Shown: positions 21,601 to 26,427, counted from the first letter of the stretch. The stretch: DNA of 32,000 nt from Pirellula staleyi DSM 6068 (GCA_000025185.1 CP001848.1:1650001-1682000), one strand, 5' to 3'. Numbers and translations are program-made. The notes: generated by a model from the sequence alone, not told the origin.

Positions 21601-22451
21601 GCTCGAGCTACACGTACCACAACGTCCCTGGCAAGACGCTCGTCTACGGCCGCGGCGGCAACGACATCATCAACCAATCGAACCTGCAGATTCCGGCGGA
21701 ATTCTACGGTGAAGCGGGAGATGACTTCCTGACGGGCAGCTTCAACAACGACCTCTTGGTCGGTGGTCTCGGCAACGATCGCATCAATGCCAGCAGCGGC
21801 AACAACATCGTCTGGGGCGACGACGCTCCGACGAGCGACGAGCTCAATCCGCACGAGCTCAACATCGGCGGTAACGATACGCTGAGCGCGCTCGGCGGCA
21901 ACGATCTCTTCTACGCCGGTGGCGGCAACGATAGTGTGAGCCCTGGCGCGGGTGACGACTGGATCCACGGCGGCTACGGCAACGATCAGCTGAGTGGCAG
22001 CTCGGGCAACGACCGCATTTACGGCGCGCAGGGGAACGACACGATCAGTGGCGATGTCGGCGACGACTTCCTCAGCGGCGGCGATGGCGACGATCGGCTG
22101 TACGGCCGCGATGGCAACGACGTACTGATCGGCGGCGACGGCGTTGATCTGGTCGACGGCGGCAACGGCAACGACCTGGTGCTCGCGGCGATCACCACTT
22201 ACCAAGGGACGAGCGACACGGCGACGAGCAACACGTATAGCAGCGCGGTCGATGCCGCGATGCTCGCGCTGCTGGTGGCCTGGAACAGCGGCGGCCCGGT
22301 CGCCCCGAATCTCACCCACACCGACGACCTCGACCGCGACACCGTTTACGGTGGCAGCGGCAACGATCTCTTCGGCACCCACACCAATGCCGACCCCCTC
22401 ACCAGCGACATCCGCGGCGACTTCAACAACTCCCAAGACACCAGCCTCTAA
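9657..22451 (+). CDS. Giant (4,264 aa) mosaic surface/exoprotein: N-terminal export-like motif, unassigned repeated domains, autotransporter-associated beta-strand repeats, beta-helix-like repeats, C-terminal RTX repeats
   Basis: Uninterrupted ORF. The track start (GTG 9561) is trimmed to the first in-frame ATG at 9657, which precedes the basic N-terminus MKPAPRLKSRVR. Composition is dominated by T/G/S/A/N/D. Modules are listed as separate features. There is no C-terminal beta-barrel-like segment. Confidence 0.9.
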   Translation: MKPAPRLKSRVRTASSRMASCRKQQSRRLLLESLEQRLALDGTFHLLASSNFSQDWTNAGLITTNDDWSGVPSIIGYIGTGLASGDGVDPQTVLADGSSTAVDVNANQANPNGFGTGGVTEYAITDPTIALAGSGTANAPHIVLHLNTSGRENVTVSYRLRDLEDTSTDNSISPVAVQYRVGATGNYINLPTGFRSDVTTGPSTAAPDTLVSVVLPAGANNQSQVFVRIITTNAAGTDEMVGVDDISVTSTAAPFVIPTPGKIAGANLNVVQNDTGNNVTSVTVTTSQEFGNFSMFPGSNRGDYNVRIGSMSQAQTLAGGILITSVSQNGRDNGEGGVKYATASIDMGGTGYFIPIHEAPSGNEYNINVAAAYFPYSNFIGGFFRNDPTNNGPILAASSYTSAGIDVGEEFTQNGTGIYQFSIPGVNPLTDGILLVVGGKNEDNFGMTQAASATSWNVIVKDNDDDGGGSESDSVGLVYLPASDLYVTGKFSGNASKLYENGSYNIAQTGTGTYRLTIPGYTPNDGVLILSPEGNAGLNVDNIVSYEPDGNGWIIQTRDIPGNGLQNVEATVPVTSFAFIPSDPGHAQAPVAAANLIVVQNDTGNTPASVTVTTSEASGGFQMRPGSNRGDYNVQIGPTANDDVAGGVLISSVSQNGRDNGEGNGVVFATSAVENDAGAYFIPVHNAPGGAEWNINVAAAYFDYDDYLGGFFRNTTNGGALTVANASPGIVNGVNFIDNANGTYTVTLPGVNPLTDGVLIATGGKNEDNYALSVAATDTSWTIFNHDNGDNGAAFERDGVAFVYLPNSPSYISGKFYGDATTAVKNGAFSITTIAAGRYKLTIDGYLPGDGVLLLSPENFGNGVDNIVTYEPLVDGWEIQTRDLPQNPPTLQGMAATELVASFVFLPSAASSVGLDGSGNLIIEEIAGDTADNIILSRSGDNLRIYDPDNQLWLGAGATRIDANTIEVPLASITGNVQVSLLGNDDLLTIDQSAASFSIPGGIVYSGGGQISAAGDGLAVIGNSTSSTAVYTPSATTAGSGTILLDGTLLVSFSGLEPIDISGMLTATLATSATTTDENLTLTNGTDFFAGGTNNAILVSGTTGLGGTLIETAAFWNNTNLVITTDASIGNDTITIASADLHSNTNLSIDTGVGSDVIEIDGSLVFVGDVVLDSQQINFNTNGYVAAASVLLDAGSGAITDDDAGQDVSTPGDLLILAGAGGVNLDIQAGTLDAATTGNGNQTYRQSGAATLIDGLAAGSGTVTFATGTFNSSAANVITDTTSIALGAGATWNLSNFSETIAALSLSTGNPAGSLVATGTGTLTVGGNITLAGLVGDTASAEISGNLNLGGVQRSFVVAEAGPAFDLLVTAITSNGSVLKTGLGTLAFRNGSNSFGNTTISKGTVVADDFNNSLGTTGTITLGDANTGNDAVAFYLDPTSGGTINFTRPVTVASTGSTATATLGSNSGAAGIAFFSALVTINRDVVLRSTLTDRTQYRGGITGTGNVTINGGARTTWSTNPTLAEASNGASVFDFAGNISIEGTSSYLQTNSNFSTGASSLATKNLNVGAGAQLRMAYNSDVTVNQLTGSGTVNAYAASASLVAPSVFTIGASNGSSTFTGVITQNDSVLQLVKTGTGTITLAGTGTNNYAGGTVVSQGTLEAGKNSAFGTGTITLNDANTGANNTALIINANANGAAQTNTISNAVLVQNQGTGTTTIGTVHTSGSLGAATTFSGAFTLEKDVTLQAGQSDRTDFTGTFATSGPEIVDLTITRAAGSLGNRVIFQSTAKNINGDIFVSNIGGSVMLQIFTSNILPDSTDVDIAATSIFRLASVSETIAGLTGTGEVRANGTGNLTVGGNNASSVFDGILRSEGGSALNLIKTGTGTFQPTGANVHASNTITGGVLLIGADTNLGVASAGVTFNTGGTLRYGASFDPLTSRPFVLTGAGTIDTNGFNSTIGSLISGAGRLTKVGAGVLTLGNASNSFTGGLSINGGVISAASLAGGNGPSPIGGWLGTSAFFSFDGGTLRYTGTGASPGINRAFTINAGGATIEVTDPAATLNWTDAAGAGPIIGTGSLTKTGPGTLALLGSNSYSGGTFIVSGTVTASQNTSLGSAGVTMNTADTGASNTSLLLAPTRTLGNAITVANVGTGTTTIGSLAGSTGVATFSGAIALGKDVTFLAQNTTTQNAGNDPGQTNFTGNITGAGGVTITGGNLVSYRNNASSKSYTGTTVIDGNSRLSLYNSASTPVNSTVDIRSGSTLIAEGIGSTIGGLTGAGNLVANSFWGTSTLSVGNNSASTDFSGVASGPLNFTKIGTGTLTFSGTAANTYTGTTTVNTGTLELNKTAGVNAIAGNLAIGDGTGGANADLVRLLASNQIADTATVTVNGTSGQFNLNGFNETISVLAGAGNTTLGAGNLTLVGGTQTVSSVISGSGGLFYAPAALGNLTLAADNTFTGGVTGSNPNARFILTHANGFGTGTVTLPNYTANTTEANPAIGFDFGANTTTVVDNNIVIGSGPFLNQFTVIPNNTQVVRLTGEISGGNAGATHRFNSSGSSQHNNTFTLENSSNSFTGNISIFRGTLGVSSDGSLGNAANDILLDVTNIVPGGLRFDAAMTLGAGRTLNFLDTTRVNTNGFDVTVLGVVASSDGDNTFVKDGLGTLSLQGINTTTSPIRIDAGRLNLNGSTLAAASFTVHNGGTLGGTGDINGTVTVNTGGTVDPGLSPGVLESGSVSFAADAIFSVEIGGGDAGDGAGFHSQLDVTGTISINTAADLAIASFGGYVPVDGESYIIIRNDGTDLVTGNFEGLAEGTIISADFLGSGKTARITYQGGDGNDVAIIVDGPATFTGTAGADDFEIRRVVSGPANLIQLLLGGSVIDSRPTASLGTTSEYTINAGASDDSLFVNYGASGGLYDFPITFNGETGSDDLTIGGNTVTTIEHTYVNDSDGDIDLDGRVITYTGLAPITDNMSAANRIFTFTGGAETITLSDIAGAGISQIDSTLGELTTFTAPTSSLTINTTGGGADTLILAGIDPILAAGFSSFAINGDASDALSITGTIDLATGPTAASATISTGAISFLGGQLSADSSISLTATGAITTDTAAIDVVTTDLSMSAGTGILLDTSVTTITSATSTAGNIIITELNGLTATLITASAGSITLSTPTGNLAIGALTAVGDATLVATTGAITDANAGVLNLSANNLSATSATGIDLDTSIATLTASVTGTGAIDIDEASAITLTSITTNNGLVDITSATGTMTVTSINAAGAVNLAVTDTGAADDDIIVSGTLSSTSNVVLLAGDDATLSGTISATGTVSVTIDAASADVGGATLSFAGDIDAVSATFTGGAEIDTFNVRPDQDNGLASTPISIFGGDPTMPAGDLLVLDITGLGVPTLTLGAVNYSGVWSFGASAAGVAYSSIETVQTTPLTSVYNLVLDMRIAGFQNGAADAIEIFLSAPNVFEVEVNGLGKFSGQADTINSFTVIGSSDSESLTIRETAAGLPSFDGAAPLVDNSLASGGVSNGAHLNIAADAYYTASNLTDVTIHFDGGLGDNSLALELLTAADVGYFSDVLDGQGSGNVGVGPSGAPLTLVSFADLDTLILDGAGGNLVVDASSSTSTADIEISDDGAAADGVTEITADTGLVATTTFEGFLALDLIAGGGNEAIDLVNIDSTSSLTSIDIVAGSSLAATDNSAHTVRIHAIKSGVPVTVTGDIGVDTFQVFDSGNSASNIASTLSFNGVAGDDDSLIVVDSGSVSADSVVITRTTIEGLTIASGIDITFTSIDDLDVTTSGGADTIRVNMTEAANDLDTAVVTGAGDNDQFYVNAADFLARLTLNGGLGDDTFGGTPSSTAPGYLLSASELDGVDDMIRPSLTTPFFINGNDPSVLPGDVLNIDVSALGGGLAATSPVLVSSGQVLSSTHATVTFTTIEDLNLADDGEMTSATINDIYIRGTNGNDTIQFARANTTLEPSRTRVQIGSSYTYHNVPGKTLVYGRGGNDIINQSNLQIPAEFYGEAGDDFLTGSFNNDLLVGGLGNDRINASSGNNIVWGDDAPTSDELNPHELNIGGNDTLSALGGNDLFYAGGGNDSVSPGAGDDWIHGGYGNDQLSGSSGNDRIYGAQGNDTISGDVGDDFLSGGDGDDRLYGRDGNDVLIGGDGVDLVDGGNGNDLVLAAITTYQGTSDTATSNTYSSAVDAAMLALLVAWNSGGPVAPNLTHTDDLDRDTVYGGSGNDLFGTHTNADPLTSDIRGDFNNSQDTSL
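9735..9782 (+). other. N-terminal RRLLLESLEQRLALDG motif (planctomycete-type E-x-L-E-x-R-x-L motif) of the giant protein
   Basis: Translated directly. It is preceded by about 25 basic or polar residues and no hydrophobic h-region. I recall the motif type from N-termini of large planctomycetal surface proteins. Confidence 0.6.
10440..12390 (+). repeat. Tandem duplication of a ~329-aa module (A1 10440-11425, A2 11426-12390), each built of three ~100-aa related sub-domains
   Basis: Colinear protein alignment by eye: ANL[NI]VVQNDTGN, PGSNRGDYNV, SVSQNGRDNGEG, NINVAAAYF, LPGVNPLTDG, GGKNEDN, YLP, DNIV[ST]YEP, W.IQTRD. The period is about 987 nt. Confidence 0.85.
13788..17718 (+). repeat. Seven autotransporter-associated beta-strand (PATR-like) repeat units spread through a beta-helix-like region
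   Basis: Seven K-x-G-x-G-x-L units: VLKTGLGTLAF, LVKTGTGTITLAGTGTNNYAGGTVVSQGTLEAG, LIKTGTGTF, LTKVGAGVLTLGNASNSFTGGLSINGG, LTKTGPGTLALLGSNSYSGGTFIVSGT, FTKIGTGTLTFSGTAANTYTGTTTVNTGTLEL, FVKDGLGTLSLQG. They are followed at 17766-18183 by a GGTVDPGLSPGVL...ITYQGGDGNDVAIIV module. Confidence 0.8.
18941..19720 (+). repeat. Short (about 20 aa) T/A/S/I/D-rich beta-helix-like repeats
   Basis: Recurrent units such as AGTGILLDTSVTTITSATST, AGSITLSTPTGNLAIGALTA, ATGIDLDTSIATLTASVTGT, GAIDIDEASAITLTSITTNN, GLVDITSATGTMTVTSINAA. Confidence 0.6.
21642..22187 (+). repeat. RTX / hemolysin-type Ca-binding nonapeptide repeats (GGxGxDxUx)
   Basis: Twelve uninterrupted nonapeptides from 21867: GGNDTLSAL GGNDLFYAG GGNDSVSPG AGDDWIHGG YGNDQLSGS SGNDRIYGA QGNDTISGD VGDDFLSGG DGDDRLYGR DGNDVLIGG DGVDLVDGG NGNDLVLA. 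Looser units lie upstream (GRGGNDIIN, GEAGDDFLT, GGLGNDRIN). One more unit (YGGSGNDLF) sits in the 86-aa tail. Confidence 0.85.
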
Positions 22452-22456
22452 AGCAG

Positions 22457-22553
22457 CCAGGGACCAGAGGCCAGGGGCCAGAGAAGGCCTGAGACCAGAG
22501 GCGAGAGGTGAGAGAAAGCAAGAGACTAGGATCTAGAGACTAGGGTCTAGCCA
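22457..22553. repeat. Degenerate heptanucleotide tandem array (consensus about CCAGAGG / CTAGAGA), about 14 units
   Basis: Read directly: ccaggga ccagagg ccagggg ccagaga (agg) cctgaga ccagagg cgagagg tgagaga (aag) caagaga ctaggat ctagaga ctagggt ctagcca. It starts 6 nt after the giant gene stop codon (TAA 22449-22451). The plus strand is purine-rich. Four CTAG occur at 7-nt spacing (22526-22550). Confidence 0.8.
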
Positions 22554-22595
22554 AAGTCGGAGCAGGCTGAAGCAGCTGAAGAAGAGCAGCAAAAT

Positions 22596-22619
22596 CGAGC
22601 AGCCAAAGGTGGCTGCTCG
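22596..22619 (+). terminator. Perfect 10-bp hairpin downstream of the giant gene (no U tract)
   Basis: cgagcagcca (22596-22605) pairs with tggctgctcg (22610-22619) over the loop aagg. It is followed by gggggcg rather than a T run, so function as an intrinsic terminator is uncertain. Confidence 0.4.
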
Positions 22620-22708
22620 GGGGGCGATGGGTTTGGCTCGCAATGCGTGGGAGGATCGGTTCTACTGCTCGGTGCAACAAGGTTTCGTTGTAGCGAGGGT
22701 AAGAGCTC

Positions 22709-23833
22709 ATGGATCGTCGTCAGTGGGGATATGCCGCAGTTTCGGCGGCGCTCGTTGGGGCAAGTTCAGCTCCGCAGGGACCGCTCGTCGCGCTGCTGAC
22801 GGCAGCGGAGCCTCAGATGCGACGGACGCACACGACGATCGAAGGGGACTCGTTCCTGGTGAATGATCGGCCGACTTATGCCGGTCGCTCGTGGCGCGGT
22901 AAGTCGATCGAAGGACTGCTGCTGAATGCCCGTTTTGTGCAAGCGACGTTCGACGATCTGAATGTCGATACACGCTCGCGATGGGTCTATCCCGACACAA
23001 AAACGTGTGACCCTCGGCGCAACACTCGCGAGTTTCTCGAGCAAATGCCGATCTGGCGCAAAGCAGGACTCCTCTCGTTCACACTCTGCTTGCAAGGGGG
23101 TAGTCCCGAGGGGTACTCCAAAGATCAGCCGTGGGAGAATAGTGCGTTCGATGCGCAGGGAAAACTCCGCGCGGAGTACTTGGCGCGACTCGAGCTCATT
23201 CTGGATCGAGCCGATGAGCTGGGGATGACGGTGATCTTGGGCTACTTCTACTTTGGCCAGGATCAGCGGCTCGAAGAGGAGTCGGCGGTGATTCGCGCGG
23301 TCACCGAGGCGACGGAGTGGCTCGTCGCCAAAGGTTACCGAAATGTGCTCGTCGAGATTGCCAACGAGTGCGACAACGCGAAGTACGATCATGCGATCAT
23401 TCAGCCGAAGCGAGTGGGCGAGCTGATTGCGCTGGCTCAGAAAATTGGCAAGCCGATCGATCTGAAAGTCGGTGTCAGCCACAACGGCGGGCGCGTGCCG
23501 AGCCAGGAGCTGATCGCCGCCAGCGACTTTGTGCTACTGCATGGCAATGGCGTGGCCGAGCCTTCACGAATCGGTGCGATGGTGGAGCAAGTGCGGCGTA
23601 GTCCTGCCTATCGACCAAAGCCGATCTTATTCAATGAAGATGACCACTTCGATTTCGACCAAGAGGAGAACAACTTTCAGGTTGCGCTGGCCCACCGAGC
23701 TTCGTGGGGCTACTTCGACCCGGGCAAAAGCAACTACGTCGACGGCTATCAGTGTCCCCCGGTGAACTGGTCGGCGAGCACCGATCGAAAGCGGGCGTTC
23801 TTCGAGCTTCTGGCCGAGATCACCGGCAGCTGA
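22709..23833 (+). CDS. Putative secreted glycoside hydrolase, clan GH-A (TIM-barrel, GH5-like) fold; family not assignable by eye
   Basis: 374-aa ORF. RR-containing signal-like N-terminus MDRRQWGYAAVSAALVGASSA. Asn-Glu motif at a strand end (NVLVEIANECDN). Later ILFNEDDH is a candidate nucleophile region. The pattern of alternating hydrophobic strands and helices fits a TIM barrel. Confidence 0.6.
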   Translation: MDRRQWGYAAVSAALVGASSAPQGPLVALLTAAEPQMRRTHTTIEGDSFLVNDRPTYAGRSWRGKSIEGLLLNARFVQATFDDLNVDTRSRWVYPDTKTCDPRRNTREFLEQMPIWRKAGLLSFTLCLQGGSPEGYSKDQPWENSAFDAQGKLRAEYLARLELILDRADELGMTVILGYFYFGQDQRLEEESAVIRAVTEATEWLVAKGYRNVLVEIANECDNAKYDHAIIQPKRVGELIALAQKIGKPIDLKVGVSHNGGRVPSQELIAASDFVLLHGNGVAEPSRIGAMVEQVRRSPAYRPKPILFNEDDHFDFDQEENNFQVALAHRASWGYFDPGKSNYVDGYQCPPVNWSASTDRKRAFFELLAEITGS

Positions 23834-24099
23834 GCATAAAAGAAATTCTTGGTGGGTGTTCGGCCGCAGGCTGGCATCGCTGGGTGATCAGCGGACCCTT
23901 CCAGGGGCGTGAAAAAAGCTGCTCGAGAAGGAGTCCACTGTCGGCTGAATGGGCAAATGGGGGTTGCTAGGGAACTGATTTGCGACGAGCTGAGAACGTT
24001 TTTCGAGGAGCATTCCCGGTGGGCTGATGTGGCAAAGAACAGCCGACCTGCCGCTAGCTGGCAACGGAAAACCGCAGATTTCGAGGGGCTTTTGCTGGG

Positions 24100-24129
24100 T
24101 TGTGGAGATTGGGCGTAGGGCTCTATAAT
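24100..24129 (+). promoter_or_regulatory. Candidate sigma70-type promoter for metK (TTGTGG-N18-TATAAT)
   Basis: ttgtgg at 24100-24105 and a perfect tataat at 24124-24129, 65 nt upstream of the metK GTG. Planctomycete promoter rules are poorly known. Confidence 0.35.
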
Positions 24130-24194
24130 TTGCCGTTTAGGTTTTTGGGCCCGCCCGGTCCCAACTTCGGGTCGAGTTATCAGGAGCGCAATCA

Positions 24195-25385
24195 GTGGCA
24201 TCGGGAAAGTTTTTGTTCACCAGTGAATCGGTCAGCATGGGTCACCCCGACAAGCTTGCCGATCGTATTTCGGATGGCGTTCTTGATGCTTGCTTGGCGC
24301 AAGATCCGATGAGCCGCGTGGCTTGCGAAACGCTCGTCACCACCGACTTCTGCTGCTTGGCTGGCGAAATCACCACCAAGGCTGTGGTGGACTTCGAGAA
24401 AGTGGCTCGCGAAGTGATTCGTGAAGTTGGCTACGTCGACGACCGCATCGGCTTCTCGGCCGACACCTGCAAGGTGGAAGTGCGCCTGCACAGCCAAAGC
24501 CCCGACATTGCTCAAGGTGTGAACGACGACGCCACCAAGGGAAAAGATATCGGCGCTGGCGACCAAGGGCTGATGTTCGGCTTTGCTTGCGACGATACCC
24601 CCGAACTGATGCCGCTGCCGATCGCTCTCTCGCACCGCATCCTGAACCGCCTGACCGAAGCTCGTCAAAACAAAGAAGTGTCGTGGCTCCGTCCCGATAG
24701 CAAGAGCCAAGTGACGGTGGAATACGATGGTGATCGCGCTGTCCGTATCGACACCGTCGTCGTCAGCACGCAGCACGACGAAACCGTCAGCGACAAGCAA
24801 GACGTAATTCGCGACTTCGTGATCAACAAGATCATCAAGCCCGAGCTGCCTGAAGAATTGGTGACCGGCGAAATCACCTATCACATCAATCCGACCGGCA
24901 AGTTCGAAGTGGGTGGACCTCACGGCGACTGCGGTCTGACCGGCCGTAAGATCATTGTTGATACCTACGGTGGTTGGGGTCGTCACGGTGGTGGTGCGTT
25001 CAGCGGTAAGGACCCCACGAAGGTCGACCGCAGCGCTGCCTACATGGCTCGCTACGTGGCCAAGAACATCGTGGCTGCTGGTCTTGCTTCGCAGTGCGAA
25101 GTGCAGCTGGCCTACGCCATCGGTGTGAGCGAACCTGTCAGCATCAACATCAACACGTTCGGCACGGGTCGCGTTTCGGAAGATCAACTCGTCACGCTGG
25201 TGCGTCGTAACTTCCCGCTCACTCCCAGCGGCATCATTCGTCACCTCGACCTCCGTCGTCCGATCTATCGCAAGAGTGCTGCTGGTGGCCACTTTGGTCG
25301 TGCTCTTCCCGAATTCAACTGGGAAAAGACCGACAAGGCTGCCATCCTGGCCGAAGAAGCTGGCATCGCCGCCGCTGCTCGCTAG
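24195..25385 (+). CDS. metK: S-adenosylmethionine synthetase (methionine adenosyltransferase)
   Basis: 396-aa ORF starting at GTG 24195, with AGGAG 8 nt upstream (24182-24186). MetK signatures [43 protein letters not shown]. Full-length colinearity with bacterial MetK. Confidence 0.97.
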   Translation: MASGKFLFTSESVSMGHPDKLADRISDGVLDACLAQDPMSRVACETLVTTDFCCLAGEITTKAVVDFEKVAREVIREVGYVDDRIGFSADTCKVEVRLHSQSPDIAQGVNDDATKGKDIGAGDQGLMFGFACDDTPELMPLPIALSHRILNRLTEARQNKEVSWLRPDSKSQVTVEYDGDRAVRIDTVVVSTQHDETVSDKQDVIRDFVINKIIKPELPEELVTGEITYHINPTGKFEVGGPHGDCGLTGRKIIVDTYGGWGRHGGGAFSGKDPTKVDRSAAYMARYVAKNIVAAGLASQCEVQLAYAIGVSEPVSININTFGTGRVSEDQLVTLVRRNFPLTPSGIIRHLDLRRPIYRKSAAGGHFGRALPEFNWEKTDKAAILAEEAGIAAAAR

Positions 25386-25456
25386 TGCAGCTGCTCCGCT
25401 GTGTTGGAGTGTCGACAACAGCCGCTGACGGATTCATCCGTTAGCTCCGAAAAACG

Positions 25457-25503
25457 CAAACGCCGAGTGCCATCTTCCAACGATGCCCTCGGCGTTTGTT
25501 TTT
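25457..25503 (+). terminator. Rho-independent terminator of metK
   Basis: Perfect 11-bp stem: caaacgccgag (25457-25467) pairs with ctcggcgtttg (25488-25498). The 20-nt loop has an inner catc/gatg pairing. The stem is followed by ttttt (25499-25503). It lies 72 nt after the metK stop codon. Confidence 0.8.
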
Positions 25504-25650
25504 GCGCTGTCGCTGTCTTGGCTTAGCCTTTTTGGGGCAGCCCGGTTTGGGCAGGCCTGTTTTGCCCGCTGGCATATTTTGAGCAACAAGGTTCTGCTAC
25601 GATTCGCGAGTTCTCGCCATCGATCGGGTAGGCCTCGAACCGAATTTCCC

Positions 25651-26364
25651 ATGCACTCCGCCACCGCAACCACCGCGCGCGACGATCTTCAGGCGGTCAT
25701 CGTGCGCGCAGTGATCGGAGCGGCTGCGACCTCGCTGCTGGTGGTGCTGGTGGTGCTGGCACTCACGCAGCTGACTCTCGGGCTCGCCCTCGTTGTGATC
25801 AGTGGCAGCCTCGTCTCGCTGGGGCTCGTGATCTACTGTTTTTTGCTCGACCGAGCAGCGGCTACCGAGACACTCAGCGTCGCCAGAATCGCCCCCGCAG
25901 CGACCTCTGAGATCCGGCTCCCTTCGCCTCCAGCTACTGCTCCGGAAGTCGAGCAAGAGACAGAGCTTGCAGCGAATCTGCTTCGGGAATCTGCACTCGA
26001 CGAAACTTTGCTTGAAGCGACCTCGGTCGATGAAAATGCCCTGGAAGAAGAGTCGGCTGAGCTCCCCGATGGCGCCACGCTGCGGCTGACCCGCTACGAG
26101 CGTCCCGGCGAAGGTTCGTCGCTAGTGGCAGCGGTCCGAATCGTCCCCGAGCAGGGGGAAACCACGCACGTGCTACATCTGCTGTTTCAGCCTCCCTTTG
26201 AGGCCAGCCCCACGGTGGAAGCTGAAGTGGCAGAAGGAGATGCGGAGCTGTCGACTACCCTCGTCGAGCCCTACGGCTGCCGTCTCGAGGTGAAACTGGC
26301 TCCCGGCACATCCGGGCCAGTGGTGCTGCAATTGGTGGCCTATCTCGAGTCCCCCTCGTTGTAA
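25651..26364 (+). CDS. Hypothetical membrane protein (2 TM helices, acidic linker, beta-rich C-terminus)
   Basis: Track ORF 25483..26364 trimmed to the ATG at 25651, because the upstream part overlaps the metK terminator. Hydrophobic hairpin LLVVLVVLALTQLTLGLALVVISGSLVSLGLVIYCFLL. E/A/L-rich acidic segment. No family recognised. Confidence 0.6.
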   Translation: MHSATATTARDDLQAVIVRAVIGAAATSLLVVLVVLALTQLTLGLALVVISGSLVSLGLVIYCFLLDRAAATETLSVARIAPAATSEIRLPSPPATAPEVEQETELAANLLRESALDETLLEATSVDENALEEESAELPDGATLRLTRYERPGEGSSLVAAVRIVPEQGETTHVLHLLFQPPFEASPTVEAEVAEGDAELSTTLVEPYGCRLEVKLAPGTSGPVVLQLVAYLESPSL

Positions 26365-26398
26365 TCCACCTCCCCGACTCATCTCCTCGCGGCCTTAG

Positions 26399-26427
26399 TT
26401 GCATCAGGTTATCATTAGCAGATGCAA
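26399..26427 (+). promoter_or_regulatory. Inverted repeat TTGCATC-N15-GATGCAA overlapping the ZIP start codon, with a Fur/Zur-like half box in the spacer
   Basis: ttgcatc at 26399-26405 and gatgcaa at 26421-27 (the ATG is 26422-26424). The minus-strand reading of 26401-26419, GCTAATGATAACCTGATGC, matches the classical Fur box GATAATGATAATCATTATC at 12 of 19 positions by my count, including the 9-mer TAATGATAA. Confidence 0.4.

Noticed and set aside
10440-22190. Repetitive DNA that might be taken for a CRISPR array or mobile repeats
   Set aside because: All repeats are in-frame protein repeats of one ORF. Copies are diverged rather than identical, there is no repeat-spacer regularity, and no cas genes are present.
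9681-22436. Very long antisense ORFs inside the giant gene (for example 19812..22436, 874 aa; 18536..19726; 17427..18482; 16377..17336; 14274..15344; 9681..10895)
   Set aside because: They lie exactly opposite a strongly supported sense ORF. Their translations are low-complexity Arg/Ala/Val/Asp strings with no motifs. Sense codons of the GNC/ACC/GAC type rarely produce stop codons on the complementary strand, so long open antisense frames are expected.
13788-22451. Classical (type Va) autotransporter or two-partner secretion substrate
   Set aside because: PATR-like repeats are present, but the C-terminus is an RTX block plus a polar tail, with no amphipathic beta-barrel-like ending in an aromatic residue. 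There is no TPS domain at the N-terminus and no TpsB gene nearby.
23834-24194. Known SAM riboswitch classes (SAM-I/S-box, SAM-II/V, SAM/SAH) upstream of metK
   Set aside because: I could not find the conserved cores I remember for these classes. Only a generic hairpin with a possible pseudoknot is present, and that is reported separately as a weak lead.
25483-25650. N-terminal extension of the 25483..26364 ORF (MPSAFVFALSLSWLSLFG...)
   Set aside because: It overlaps the metK terminator hairpin and T tract. The ATG at 25651 gives a sensible membrane-protein N-terminus.
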